This document shows positions 51,031 through 64,000 of a stretch of DNA of 64,000 nt, one piece after another. Every line of letters starts with the position of its first letter. Positions within the stretch are counted from its first letter, which is position 1. The notes under the pieces are model-generated. The model did not search any database and had not been told where the DNA came from. It saw only the letters and a list, made by a program, of their open reading frames with translations. A program made the position numbers and the translations under genes. The stretch is taken from positions 1 to 64,000 of the forward strand of contig NIVC01003725.1 of assembly GCA_002269645.1 (NCBI GenBank), read 5' to 3'. This DNA comes from Macrostomum lignano. Its lineage: Eukaryota.

Positions 51031-52399
51031 CGAAGGCAGTCTCAACCAAAAGTAGAGGAAGGAAACAGTTGAAGACACCTCTGCAATATTGAGCATAGCA
51101 CGAGGGTGTTATGAGCACATTAAGGTTTAATGAGAAGAGTTTTCATTGCTCAGCTTGCGAGCAGAGTGGAAGACCCGTCAGGAATCTGTGTCTTCTCGAT
51201 ATTTCTGTCTCCCTCTCTCTTTCCTCTCCGTCGGTCGCCCCCTTCTCCAATGCCGGCCCGAGTTCGCTCGCCTCGCAGAGCCGCGGCCACCACTTGAGTC
51301 GGCGGAACTCCCGCAGCCCCCCCCCCCCTACCACCAGCACCAGCAGCAGCTCTCGCCCTGGCCATGGGGAAGCTGGGGTGGATCTGCATTCTAGCATCAT
51401 CCCCCGCCTCGCCAGACTGCCAGAGCAGGCAGCGCTGACAGCTCCGGGCTGCCTGTCACTGCAACAGACGAAATATTTCTGACATGGCGGCAGAACTTGG
51501 CGTACGCACCGGCCATGATCCCCTAAACCCACCCCTCCTCCCCCTAATGTAAATTCAGCAGATCCGGACTTGATGCGAAGCGGGTAGGAATGGAGGAGGC
51601 TGAAGTGCAGGGGTCCTGTGCCAGCATCTCTGCTGCATCTACTCCCCCTCCTTGCAGCTGAGCAAGTGCTCTCTCAAATCCCGAACTGGGCCAAAAAATC
51701 CCTATTTTCCAAATCCCCAGCTTCTTACTTATGGCAGGCCTCATCTTTTTATTAATGTGTTTATAATATTCTCAGTCGCCCGTCCGCTGCGGCCTGACTT
51801 CCTGATTGCCAGCTGGCTAAACAAAAGCGCTGAAAGCGAGAGTCCAGCCTCCCTATTGTTTTTTCTGCCAGTGCGTCATCATTTCAGCTCAGCTGGCCTC
51901 TCAGCCCAGCCACTCACTTAACTCTCTCGCGCATTCTACCATAATCTCTCCAAATCGCAAATCCCCTGCCGGGCTGGCGGGAGAGGCTGCCCCTCCCCTC
52001 CGCCTTCATCAGGGAGTAGAGGAAGTCTAGAGCGGGTGGGCTTTAATCCCGCATTAATCTGTGGTTAAGAAACGGCTGCAGTCCCGGTGCATTCGGAGGG
52101 TCAGTTTGGGTGTCGAATTTGCGAGCTCCAAGTTTGCGCAGCTTCCCAGCCATCGCGCAGGCGGCATAACTCGAGTCAAATCCTGTCCCCGCAGACTGCT
52201 CAGCAACGGCCAGCCGCATGAGCTCGCTCGGAACGTTGGCGCTCGCCCGCCCCGCCTCAGCTCAGCAGCAGCAGCAGCAGCAGTAAGTTTCAGGCTCTCA
52301 TCGGCTGGGATCCGTAACTTAGAGCGAGAAAATGAAACGTGAATCAGGCTCTAAGCGATAGGATGGAGATACATGTAGTGTATGGAGGAAAGAAGGGGA

Positions 52400-53890
52400 A
52401 AGGAGATCGAAGGGGAGATGAGAGAAGAGAAAAAAAGAGTAGAAGGGAGACGGGAGAGGAGAGATGAGGGGAGAGAGGATAGGGAGAGGGGAGAGGGAAA
52501 GGTGAGGTGAGAGAGGAGGAAAGGGAGAGAAGAGAGTCAAGAGTAAGGGGAGAGAAGAGAGTCAAGAGTAAGGGGAGAGAAGAGAGTAAAGAGGAAAGGG
52601 AGAGAAGAGAGTCAAGAGTAAGGGGAGAGAAGAGAGTCAAGAGTAAGGGGAGAGAAGAGAGTAAAGAGGAAAGGGAGAGAAGAGAGTCAAGAGTAAGGGG
52701 AGAGAAGAGAGTCAAGAGGAAAGGGAGAGAAGAGAGTCAAGAGTAAGGGGAGAGAAGACATTCAAGAGGAAAGGGAGAGAAGAGAGTCAAGAGGAAAGGG
52801 AGAGAAGAGAGTAAAGAGGAAAGGGAGAGAAGAGAGTCAAGAGTAAGGGGAGAGAAGAGAGTAAAGAGGAAAGGGAGAGAAGAGAGTCAAGAGGAAAGGG
52901 AGAGAAGAGAGTCAAGAGTAAGGGGAGAGAAGAGAGTAAAGAGGAAAGGGAAGAGAAGAGAGTCAAGAGTAAGGGGAGAGAAGAGAGTCAAGAGGAAAGG
53001 GAGAGAAGAGAGTCAAGAGTAAGGGGAGAGAAGAGAGTAAAGAGGAAAGGGAGAGAAGAGAGTAAGGAAGAAAGGGAGAGAAGAGAGTCAAGAGTAAGGG
53101 GAGAGAAGAGAGTAAAGAGGAAAGGGAGAGAAGAGAGTCAAGAGGAAAGGGAGAGAAGAGAGGAAAGAGGAAAGGGAGAGAAGAGAGTAAAGAGGAAAGG
53201 GAGAGAAGAGAGGAAAGAGGAAAGGGAGAGAAGAGAGGAAAGAGGAAAGGGAGAGAAGAGAGTCAAGAGGAAAGGGAGAGAAGAGAGTCAAGAGGAAAGG
53301 GAGAGAAGAGAGGAAAGAGGAAAGGGAGAGAAGAGAGTAAAGAGGAAAGGGAGAGAAGAGAGGAAAGAGGAAAGGGAGAGAAGAGAGGAAAGAGGAAAGG
53401 GAGAGAAGACATTCAAGAGGAAAGGGAGAGAAGAGAGTCAAGAGTAAGGGGAGAGAAGACATTCAAGAGGAAAGGGAGAGAAGAGAGTCAAGAGGAAAGG
53501 GAGAGAAGAGAGTCAAGAGGAAAGGGAGAGAAGAGAGGAAAGAGGAAAGGGAGAGAAGAGAGGAAAGAGGAAAGGGAAGAGAAGAGAGTAAAGAGGAAAG
53601 GGAAGAGAAGAGAGTCAAGAGTAAGGGGAGAGAAGAGAGTCAAGAGGAAAGGGAGAGAAGAGAGTCAAGAGTAAGGGGAGAGAAGAGAGTAAAGAGGAAA
53701 GGGAGAGAAGAGAGTAAGGAAGAAAGGGAGAGAAGAGAGTCAAGAGTAAGGGGAGAGAAGAGAGTAAAGAGGAAAGGGAGAGAAGAGAGTCAAGAGGAAA
53801 GGGAGAGAAGAGAGGAAAGAGGAAAGGGAGAGAAGAGAGGAAAGAGGAAAGGGAGAGAAGAGAGGAAAGAGGAAAGGGAGAGAAGAGAAT
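52400..53890. repeat. 23-24-bp purine-rich minisatellite AAGAGGAAAGGGAGAGAAGAGAGT(C)
   Basis: Tandem periodicity. Confidence 0.95.
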
Positions 53891-54661
53891 CGAGGAAGGT
53901 GCAGAAACAAAGACGAAGGCCAGGAGAAAAAGCAGAGGCGAGACAAAGAATCGGAGAGTGCAAGAAAAAAACGCAGAGGGAAATGGAGATCGAGAAGAAG
54001 ACAAAAATCTGCAGAAAAGGGAGGCACACTGAGGGAGTGTTGGCACGGATCTTCTGCCAGCTTATCAGCTGCGGTGCTCCCTTCTCTGGCCTCCCCACTG
54101 TTTCTGCTTCTTCAGCTCGGCTTTTTCTCATTTCTGTTTGACTAAAAGATCGGTGGTCGCTTTTAAGTCCCGAAAATTAAAAGGGCGGCGGCAGGGGGCA
54201 GAGGCGGCAGAGCCCCCCATCGTCTCCTGCCCTCAGCTCTCGTCTTCTTCTTCTAGGAGACGAATCTTTGCCCGCCCGGCTACCGGTCTGTTGATTGTGG
54301 ATCAATAATTCATTACTAAACTGATACCAGCCGGCAGCCAGGGCCCTGGTTGCATGCACTGCTCAGCCTCCCACCCGCCTTCATCTCTCCTCACTTTCCG
54401 CTGGTTCTCGGGGGGGGTATGCTTTTTATCTGCTTTATCGGGCCGCCCGCTTCCAGGCCATCTTGCCGCTCTGTGCACTTTAACCATAACTAATGATATC
54501 GACTCTTATTTTGCAGCTTATTGAGGTGAAGAACTGTTTTGAACTGTTCAATCTATATTGGATCATGTCGGACAAATAACAGAGTAAAATTGAAACTCGA
54601 TTCTCAGCAAAGCAGCTGGTGCGCTGGTTTATTTCTGATCTTCTTCCAAGTCCAATCGCAG

Positions 54662-55068
54662 TCAATAAACATAGAACGCCACCTCAGCCACTGTGATGGT
54701 TGGGTAATTGGTTCTGTGAATAATTTTCAACCCCTTGACCGAGTCGTATTTGCATTTGTCATTAACAGCATAGTACCCGAGTTTGCCTACATTATAGTTT
54801 CTATCAAAGAAGCACAACGTTTCATGCTTACGGATGACAGCTATTTGCAAAACTCTGCTGCTCTTTAAGCAGCAGCCGTACTTGCCCCAGACAGCGAAGC
54901 CCCTCAAGTTCACTGGAGCATCGAATTTGTAGTGAAAATACGTCTCATGCACTGGAGTCGAAGGCTTGGAGAACTTCTTGTGCAGCGCCTGTCCGTAGGA
55001 GTACACGTCATTGTCGATTGTGCGCTCGCAGTCCGGCCAGCTCACCAGGCAGGAGACTTTCAGCTTTC
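54662..55068 (-). CDS. Exon 2 of the Cys-rich protein: probable galactose-binding/discoidin-like domain; spliced CDS 1347 nt = 448 aa
   Basis: Acceptor AATTTCAG|GA, phase 1. FHYKFDAPVNLRGFAVW and C-terminal ITVAEVAFY resemble jelly-roll lectin/F5-8 strands. Confidence 0.65.
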
Positions 55069-55280
55069 CTGAAATTCTGGTTTTGGTGTCGAGTGAGGTT
55101 CTAGAGAGGCTTAAAATGTTATTTCGACCTTCCGTTATGTTCAGTCTAGGCTTACCAAATTGAAGGAAAATAAAATGAAAGAAATTAAACAATCTCGATA
55201 GTTTAGCGGTAACTAGTGCTAAAAATTTTCGAGGTTTTATGAGCTTGAGGTAAGAAATAAGGGAACTGCCGGGAGCTCAC

Positions 55281-56220
55281 TGTAGCAGCGGTTGTCCCGA
55301 AGGGCGGCGCCGCCGTTGGGGCACAGGTCGCATTTAGTCATGCCGGACTTGATGGCCAGGGCGAAGTCCCGGTCGCACTTTTGGCACTCAGCCGCGCCCG
55401 CCGCGTCAGAGAAGGTGCCCGGAGGGCAGGCCTTGCACTGCTTGCTGCCTTCTGAGGAGGCGAACTGGCCGGCCGGGCAGAGGGTGCAAGCCGAGGCACC
55501 CATAGCTGAGAAGCTGCCGGCCGGACAGCGGGTGCAAGCGGAGGCGCCCATAGCAGAGAAGCTGCCGGCAGGGCAGCGGGTGCAAATCGAGGCGCCCCTA
55601 GCTGAGAACTTGCCGGCCGGGCAGCGGTGGCAAGCCGAGGCGCCCGCAACTGAGAAGCTGCCGGCCGGACAGCGGTGGCAAGCGGAGGCGCCCGCAGTTG
55701 AGATCCTGCCGGCTGGGCACGGCTTGCAGGCGGCCGCTCCAGGTGGGGAGAAGTGGCCCGGCTGGCACTTGCTGCACTCCTCTGCTCCGGCCTTGCTCGA
55801 GGTGCCGGCGGGACACTTCACGCAGGCTGGGGAGCCGCTAAAACGGACGAAGCTGCCGGCAGGGCAGGGCGTGCAGCTCGACAAGCCGTCCGTGGCAGCA
55901 ATGGAGCCCTTGGCGCACTTCTGGCAGCTCGCGGAGCCCGAGCTGGCGGCGAAGCTCCCCGGCCAGCACTTGGAGCAGGCGGCGGCGCCGGCGCGGCTGT
56001 ATGAGCCTGGCGGGCACTTCTGGCACTTGGAATTCACGGCTATTTCCCTATGGGTGCCGGCGCTGCAGGGCTCGCACATGCGGTCCGAGTCTTCGCTTAG
56101 CTGGTGGCCTGGCAGGCACATTTTGTGGTCTTGCCGCTTGCCTCTCTGCAGGTTCCGGTCAGCCGACGACCCGGTCAGGGCGGCCAGCAGAGCCGCAGCC
56201 ACTAGCAGAGAAAAATTCAT
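55281..56220 (-). CDS. Secreted Cys-rich repeat protein, exon 1 (signal peptide plus about 16 CxxCPxGxF modules, ephrin-receptor-like/GCC2_GCC3 type)
   Basis: MNFSLLVAAALLAALTGSSA signal peptide. 16-18-aa CxxC repeats. Donor TACA|GTGAGC, phase 1. Confidence 0.85.
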
Positions 56221-56254
56221 GCTGAGAGTTTAAGCTCGTGTACCGTCGCTTCTG

Positions 56255-56480
56255 TGATTGTGAGTAGTTTCTGTGAGTAGCTTCTGTGAGTAGTTTCTGT
56301 GAGTAGTTTCTATGAGTAGCTTCTGTGAGTAGCTTCTGTGAGTAGTTTCTATGAGTAGCTTCTGTGAGTAGCTTCTGTGAGTAGTTTCTGTGAGTAGCTT
56401 CTGTGAGTAGCTTCTGTGAGTAGTTTCTGTGAGTAGCTTCTGTGAGTAGCTTCTGTGAGTAATTTCTGTGAGCAGCTTCT
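56255..56480. repeat. 13-bp minisatellite GTGAGTAGCTTCT
   Basis: Tandem periodicity. Confidence 0.93.
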
Positions 56481-57399
56481 GTCTAGGCAGGTTTCCGGCT
56501 GAAGCAACTGCTCCTTTATAGCTCATGAGTTGAATCGCGCTAAAAAAATTCATTTTTTAAATGCCACAGTTTCCAGTCCGGAATTCGAAGCACTCATACT
56601 TCGTTATTATCCTAAAACTTTTGCATAAAACTTTTTCGGAAATATAGAATTAAGGAATTCAGAAATTTTTTGAGAGAAAATTGTAACCTCTGAAAGTATA
56701 AATTTGGGATAATTTCAACTACAAAAAAACTAATTTCAAGCCAAAGGAATGCAAAAAATTGAAGAAAATGAAATGCAATGCCCGACACAGTGTCTGAGTG
56801 AGCGACCTGCAGGGAAGTGCGATTCCGAATGTCTCTGCTCCCACAGTGAAAAGTGCCAAACTTGCGGAAAAGTCACATGCGAACACGATTAATCAATTTG
56901 TGATCGAGGATTTATGATAAACTGCAGCCACCCCGGACCCGCCATATTTGCGCTGGCCGCTGCCGATGACTTCTTGGAGTCTGGTATCGCTTGCTGCTCC
57001 ACGCCTCATCCCAGGCTGAGGCCGCCCAACTCTGCACAGTGCAAACCGCAGCCAGAATCCGCTCTCGCCAAAGCCGCTCATTTGCACTTTAAGCGACTTT
57101 TTGACGAATGAAGGCGATGTGGGGCACTGGGCAGCCAAAGTCATTACTCACTGAGGAGCGTTGCTGGGCACCCAGGGCTCAGCCAGGGATTCGATTCGGA
57201 TCTGAGAAATCGCCTCCAAAATCTCCGCAACGTAATTCAACTGCAAGGGAGCGAAGATCTGCGTGATCAAACGGAACAAAAATTTGCGGGTTTTATTTAA
57301 CTGAAGAAGTTTTAGTGTCTGCAAAATTATTGAGAATTTCTTTGAAAATACAGAACACCTCACCACGCACGCACCACGCACCCACCTCAACCTGCACCA

Positions 57400-57945
57400 A
57401 CCGTACTCCCCACCCACCCCATTCCGCACCCATCTCACTCCGCACCCACCTCACTCCGCACCCACCTCACTCCGCAACCACCTCACTCCTCACCCACCTC
57501 ACTCCCCACCCACCCCATTCTGCACCCATCTCACACCCCACCCACCTCACTCCGCAACCAACTCACTCCGCACCCACCTCACTCCGCACCCACCTCACTC
57601 CGCAACCACCTCACTCCTCACCCACCTCACTCCCCACCCACCCCATTCTGCACCCATCTCACACCCCACCCACCTCACTCCGCAACCACCTCACTCCGCA
57701 CCCACCTCACTCCGCACCCACCTCACTCCGCACCCACCTCACTCCGCACCCACCTCACTCCGCAACCACCTCACTCCGCAACCACCTCACTCCTCACCCA
57801 CCTCACTCCGCAACCACCTCACTCCTCACCCACCTCACTCCTCACCCACCTCACTCCGCAACCACCTCACTCCTCACCCACCTCACTCCGCAACCACCTC
57901 ACTCCTCACCCATCTCACACCCCACCCACCTCACTCCTCACACCC
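57400..57945. repeat. 16-bp C-rich minisatellite CACCCACCTCACTCCG
   Basis: Tandem periodicity. Confidence 0.93.
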
Positions 57946-58282
57946 CTCGCTCACTCTATGCCTCGACTGTCTGTACTTACTGCAATTTTTGAGCATCATC
58001 GCATTCCGCTACTTCATGGCACAACCAGAAACTCTGACTTTTGTACTCGTTAAAAACCATCTGAATTCCAGTTAATCTTTTTTCAAGTAGATCCAAAATA
58101 TTGTCTGGTTGGCAACTGAAAACTGCCACTCGAGCCGCTACTCGAATAATCATTTTATCCCAGAAACTGGACAGCGCTGCCAGATGGAGATGCGGAAGTG
58201 ATCCGTTTCCAACTTCCTACGTTTGAGTAAAGTCTCCGACTGCCTCTTCTCAGCAGCTGTTGCACATTTACTAACATTGTTA

Positions 58283-58579
<297 letters not shown>

Positions 58580-60377
58580 ATTTGTCTGTCTTTTTCTTTC
58601 GCGCTCCTCTCATATCCCATGACCTTGAGCTTGATCGCCAGTTTCTATTCTTTCACGTCCCGTACATTAATTCCGAGCCGACCTCCCGGCGCATCATCGC
58701 AGTTATTCAGTTATCTGCAGTGCAATGCATGAAGCTGCACCGGGGGGGGGGGGGCAGCCCAGAGCGCCATGCCTGGTGCTCGAGTCGCAGAGAAAGTGAG
58801 CTGCAGAGTGGAGCTTGCAGCCTCCCTCATCAGTCGGGAGTATCGACTTACCGGATAATCCCCTCAGCTCGCCAGACTGCAAGCTGAAAGCAGCTGCGCC
58901 CCATCCAGCCTCTCATCCTTCATCAGCTCTCTGCGAGTCCCTGGCGAATGTTCTTTTCACGCCTGCACAGCGGGTCGCAAAAATGAGTTCAATTCGTGAG
59001 GATTCTCCAGTCTACCTCCTCCCGTCTCGCGCAGCTCCAGTTTTTGCATTTTCGTATTCGAATTCGCCGGCCAACCCAACAGCCGGCGGGCCCAGCCTCC
59101 CGTGCGTCATCAGCCAGATATATTTCTGGCCGGCACCCGGGCCCAATTTTCCTTGATTAATTTTGTGCTGAATTTTTCATGCCGGCAAAAATGCTGCCAG
59201 TCGTGGGAACCCGCGGGCGGAGGCTGGGGAAGAAGGAAGGCGAGCTCAGGCCTCTCCCGTGCTGAGAAATTTTCGGCTTTCAACAGGCACCCGGGATGAG
59301 GAGGAAAACAGTGGAGGAAAAACTGCCCCCCTGGGTGCCACAAGGCGATTCCTTCGGCTGCCGAGAGGGGTCAGCCGGAGGTCAGTTGGTGGTCGGGATC
59401 AAAATTAAAACCGTTGCTCAAGAATTACTTCGGCTGCTTGAAGAATCCCAAAATGAATGCTGGTTTTAAATCCGGTCTAGCCCGAGCTTTGATCCCCCGG
59501 CAAGAACTGGTGACTCATCACTGATTTATGCTCCGCTTTCAAATTCTCCAGACTCTGCAGCCGCCGCCGGTCACTGTAGATCCGGGCGACCTTCGCTGCG
59601 TGACCAGGTGAGCGAAACTGCAACTATAGGGTGGGGGGGTCTGCGGCTTCCAGCTGCTCGGCGTGTCCTGCAGCCACCGCAGCTGCCGGGTCTGCGCCCG
59701 ACTATCTGGGCCGGAATCTCCGCTGCCCGACCCGCCTGACCCCCAGCCGCATTGCCATGGCAGCCAACTGAAATGCTGGAATTCCCGCAGAGCGGCCGGT
59801 CAGCCATTCGGGCTGGTGCTGAGCTGTCTTCTATTTTATTTTTTCCCATACAGAAATATTTCACTTGATTTACAGCCAGCAATCTGTGGCTCGAGCTTCT
59901 CACTATGGAGAGCCACAGAGCAACCCGCGCCTCATCAGCTGGCTTCTCCGGAATAACTGCTCACTCTCTCCTTATCATCTAGGAGAAGAAGAAGAGACCT
60001 TGCGGTTTGCACAGAAAACTGGCAGGCAGGGGGGGGGGGAGATGCCGGTTGGGAAATTCTGCCAGGGAGACGAAATCTGCCGCCCAGCTGCCAGAGTGGG
60101 GGGGCGGACACACCAAGTGAATTGGGAGTGCCGCCACCCACCACCGCTGCTTTGCATATTTATCCCAACGACAGTAGCGGTCCAAATTAAGCCCAGCCTC
60201 CCAGCTTAGAGAGGCCCCACTTCCCTCATCTTCTGGGTCCTCTTCGACGAATAATATGTGCCGATTTCTTCACTCTGTCAGTGTCGCGGGAGCAGGACTT
60301 GTTGGCAAAGTGCACTAAAGTACCTATGAGGCAATCTGATGCATGAGTATAATGTCTGTAATAAATTTTAAGATTAT

Positions 60378-60740
60378 GATGACTCATTGAGACTAAGGAC
60401 TCAGAGATAATGAGAACTGATAGAGAGTAAGGACTCAGAGATAATGAGGACTCATATAGACTAAGGACTCAGAGATAATGAGAACTCATAGAGACTAAGG
60501 ACTCAGAGATAATGAGAACTCATAGAGACTAAGGACTCAGAGATAATGAGAACTCATAGAGACTAAGGACTCAGAGATAATGAGAACTCATAGAGACTAA
60601 GGACTCAGAGATAATGAGAACTCATAGAGACTAAGGACTCGAAGATAGTGAGGACTCGTATAGGCTAAGGACTCAAAGATAATGAGGACTCGTATAGACT
60701 AAGGACTCAGATATAATGAAGACTCGTATAGGCTAAGGGA
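60378..60740. repeat. 34-bp tandem repeat GACTAAGGACTCAGAGATAATGAGAACTCATAGA
   Basis: Tandem periodicity with decaying edges. Confidence 0.92.
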
Positions 60741-61464
60741 TCAGGAGAATAATGATGAGTAAAGAGATGGATCAGTGTCCAGCGGCTGCTCCTACACAAC
60801 TCGGCAGGGCGCATTCCCATGGCACAAATTTAGACAAATCAGTAATGCAAACGCGTTAGTACTCTGCAGCATGGAGATGGTGTGCTCTCCTAGGATGCTA
60901 GCCGGAGCTGCACCCTCTGCCTCCCCACTCCACCCAGTCCCCGCGGGTCCCTCGCCGGCCATAAAGTCGCTATTAACTTCCCCCATCCCGTCCTTGGCCT
61001 TAGCTGCCCCGGAAAATTTCCCCAAATCCCCGATCCCATCTCAGCTCATCGGGTTTACGAGCCCCCTCCGCCCTCATGGCGACTGTCTGGGGCTCGCGCC
61101 CTTCCCTAGTCGCTCCGCTCTCGCCTTCTCGTCCTTCGCCTGCGCTGGCAGGCTGCCAAAGGGCTCTAAAAATTCTCCAATAGATTTCGGCAGGACAGAA
61201 GGTGATTTTCTAGCGTGTTTTTTAGCTCTGAAGTCGGCAAGGAGAGCGGAGAGAAGATTTTCAGCGTTTACGACCGGCCGCGGCGGCGTTTACAACTCCG
61301 GCGATTCGGCGGCCGCCAGCCGGTGACCTCCGGGGCTTTTATCGGCCCGCGAGTTCTGACCGCGCGTGGTGGGGGAGCGGGCGGATTTTCTGATTTCCTT
61401 GACAGCGGCGGCGCCGTAAAACAGTTCAGGCACCAACATTTGCGGTGAGCCTGTTGGATTGTGG

Positions 61465-61930
61465 AACATCAGGGATCTGACATTTTTGGGGGGTAGGATA
61501 TCAGAGATCTGACATTTATGGGTTAGGACACCAGATATCTGACATTTTTGGGATTATGACATCAGAGATCTGACAGTTTTAGGGTTAGGACATCAGAGAG
61601 CTGACATTTATGGGGTCAGGACATCAGAGATCTGACATTTTTAGGGTTAGGACATCAGAGATCTGACATTTTTAGGGTTAGGACACCAGAGATCTGACAT
61701 TGTGTGTTTGGAACATCAGAGAGCTGACATTTTTGGGTTTGGAACATCAGAGAGCTGACATTTTTGTTTGGAACATCAGAGAGCTGACATTTTTGTTTGG
61801 AACATCAGAGATCTGACATTTTTGTTTGGAACATCAGAGAGCTGAAATTTTGTGTTTTGAACATCAGAGAACTGACATTTTTTGAGTTTGGAACACCAGA
61901 GATCTGACATTTCGGGAATTGACACATCTT
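61465..61930. repeat. About 30-bp degenerate repeat (ACATCAGAGATCTGACATTTTT...GGA)
   Basis: Tandem periodicity. Confidence 0.9.
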
Positions 61931-62479
61931 CAGCACTTCATGGGATCTGAATATCAATCAATTAGAGTTTCTGGGATCTGAAATTAATGTGGTTTTTTAA
62001 CGAGCGTTAATTCCTACAGCTTCAATTGCTAGTAAATATCGATTCTCAATACAGTTCTGGATATGCAGATTCAATACACTGGGGGTGGGCGGCTCAAGAC
62101 GCACCGCTGCGCCGGTGGATCAACTTTGCTGCCAAGTTGTTCTTGACAGAAGGCGAGAGAGGGGGGAGCAGGGGAGGGGGCACGGGGGCAAAGAAACGAA
62201 GGAGGGGTTCAGAAAGGCGACGCCACCAGTCCGTCTGCTTTTTTCCTTCCACCCCGAAACCGGCTCTGCCTTGCCAGCAGAATTTGCCCGCCGGTCCCCG
62301 TCTGTCCTCTTCCCAACCCATGCGAAGCCGTGTATAGCGGGCCAGCTAATGGGGCGGCTTCGGCCCTTGACGCTCTGTCTTTTTCCAATTACGGAAGCTG
62401 CGACCGAGTGGAGATGTTTCAGTGCTTTGCGGAAATTATTAGGCTTTTAGAAATTTAAGATGAATTCGGTGGATTCTTC

Positions 62480-63075
62480 GTAACATTCTGCTGCTTCGAG
62501 GGAACACTGCTGCTTCTATGGAAACTTCTGTTGCTTCTAGGGAACACTCTGCTACTTCAGGAACACTCTGCTGCTTCTAGAGAACACTCTGTTGCTTCTA
62601 GGGAACATTCTGTTGCTTCTAGGGAACCTTCTGTTGCTTCTAGGGAACACTCTGCTGCTTCTAGAGAACACTCTGTTGCTTCTAGGGAACATTCTGTTGC
62701 TTTTAGGGAACCTTCTGTTGCTTCTAGGGAACCTTCTGTTGCTTCTAGGGAACACTCTGTTGCTTCTAGGGAACATTCTGTTGCTTCTAAAGAACCATCT
62801 GCAACTTTCAAGAAACACTTTGCTGCTTTTAGTGAACACTGCTGCTTTTAGGGAACACCCTGCTGCTTCAAGGGAAGAACATTCTGCTGCTTCTAGGGGA
62901 CATTCTGCTGCTTCTAGGGAACATTCTGTTGCTTATAGGTAACACCTTGCTGCTTCAAGGGAACCTTTTTTCTGCTTCTTTGGAACACTCCACTGCTTCT
63001 AGGGAACACTGCTGCTTCTAGGGAACACTGCTGCTTCTAGGGAACACTTTGTTGCTTCTAGGGAACATTCTGCTC
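62480..63075. repeat. 21-bp minisatellite CTGTTGCTTCTAGGGAACACT
   Basis: Tandem periodicity. Confidence 0.93.
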
Positions 63076-63689
63076 CCTGGAAAATATCCTATGTCTCAAC
63101 GCTCTCAGCTCCTAGCCTTCTATCTAAAAGCAATATTTCTTAAGCACCTTCAGATCCAGCAGCTATACGTAGGTTTTATTCCGCTCCTAAGATCATAAAG
63201 ATCCAAGTCTTCTCCTAGAAGAAGCAGCAGCTGTTGCTGAAACGGCAGACTGAGTTACCGCGGTAGGTCAGCGAGGGCAGCGAAGCCGCCAGGGAGTTCC
63301 AGCCATTAATCACCATCGGGCCACGCACCTCGCCGCCTGGATGGCTACTCGAACTCGATGGCCGGCCTTCGTCCCCTTAGCGCCAACTGATTTCATTTCT
63401 AGCCAGGATTGGGGGGGCCTCTGCGCTCTCCACCATTCATTTGCAGAGACGACAGCTGTTGTTCTGGGCGGGCATCTCCCGGCTTGGCCCGGCTGTCCCC
63501 CCGTCAGCGCCCACCTTTGCCATCCGAGGGGTTTGGCAGGGCGGCCGCTCGTTCATCTTATTTGATGGCTGCGCTGGCGCGGGGCCGCGGACGGGGCTGG
63601 TGCACGGCCTGAAAAGAAAAAAAGAAAATTTTGGGAGCAACGAAAACACAAGTGGGCAAATAAAAGGGACTGATGGAGTGAGATAGGTG

Positions 63690-64000
63690 AGATAAAGTAG
63701 AGTGAGACAGAGATGTAGACACGAGAATAAGGTAGGGTGAGACAGAGAAGTAGACATGAGAATAAGGTAGGGTGAGACGGAGATGTAGACATGAGAATAA
63801 GGTAGGGTGAGACAGAGATGTAGAAATGAGAATAAAGTAGATTGAGACAGAGATGTAGACATGAGAATAAGGTAGAGTGAGACAGAGATGTAGACATGAG
63901 AATAAGGTAGGGTGAGACAGAGATGTAGACATGAGAATAAGGTAGATTGAGACAGAGATGTAGACATGAGAATAAGGTAGAGTGAGACAGAGATGTAGAC
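63690..64000. repeat. 35-bp tandem repeat GAGACAGAGATGTAGACATGAGAATAAGGTAGGGT (runs off the window)
   Basis: Tandem periodicity. Confidence 0.93.

Noticed and set aside
53899-54141. Charged ORF following the purine-rich array
   Set aside because: A compositional continuation of the AG-rich tract with no splice or homology support.

Overview
Eukaryotic (animal) genomic DNA with spliceosomal GT-AG introns, GC-rich exons, AT-rich flanks and about one third of the sequence in roughly 35 different micro/minisatellite arrays. This architecture suggests a flatworm such as Macrostomum (inference only). Gene models assembled by hand from splice sites and codon phase: a 4-exon Rab11 (+); an MLX-type bHLH-Zip gene (+); a PDHX/E3BP gene (+) with an unresolved reading-frame break; a 3-exon class A neuropeptide-receptor-like GPCR (-) with degenerate activation motifs; a 3-exon signal peptide-FN3-TM gene resembling FNDC4/FNDC5 (irisin precursor) (+); and a 2-exon secreted Cys-repeat plus probable sugar-binding-domain gene (-). 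Mobile elements: an internally deleted THAP-bearing P-superfamily transposon with 69-bp TIRs and a perfect 8-bp TSD, three hAT-like non-autonomous elements, and a 3' fragment of an RTE-like LINE with a (TAA)n tail. Most long ORFs in the supplied track are repeat translations, not genes. No rRNA, tRNA or CRISPR array was found. No database searches were possible, so family assignments rest on recalled motifs.
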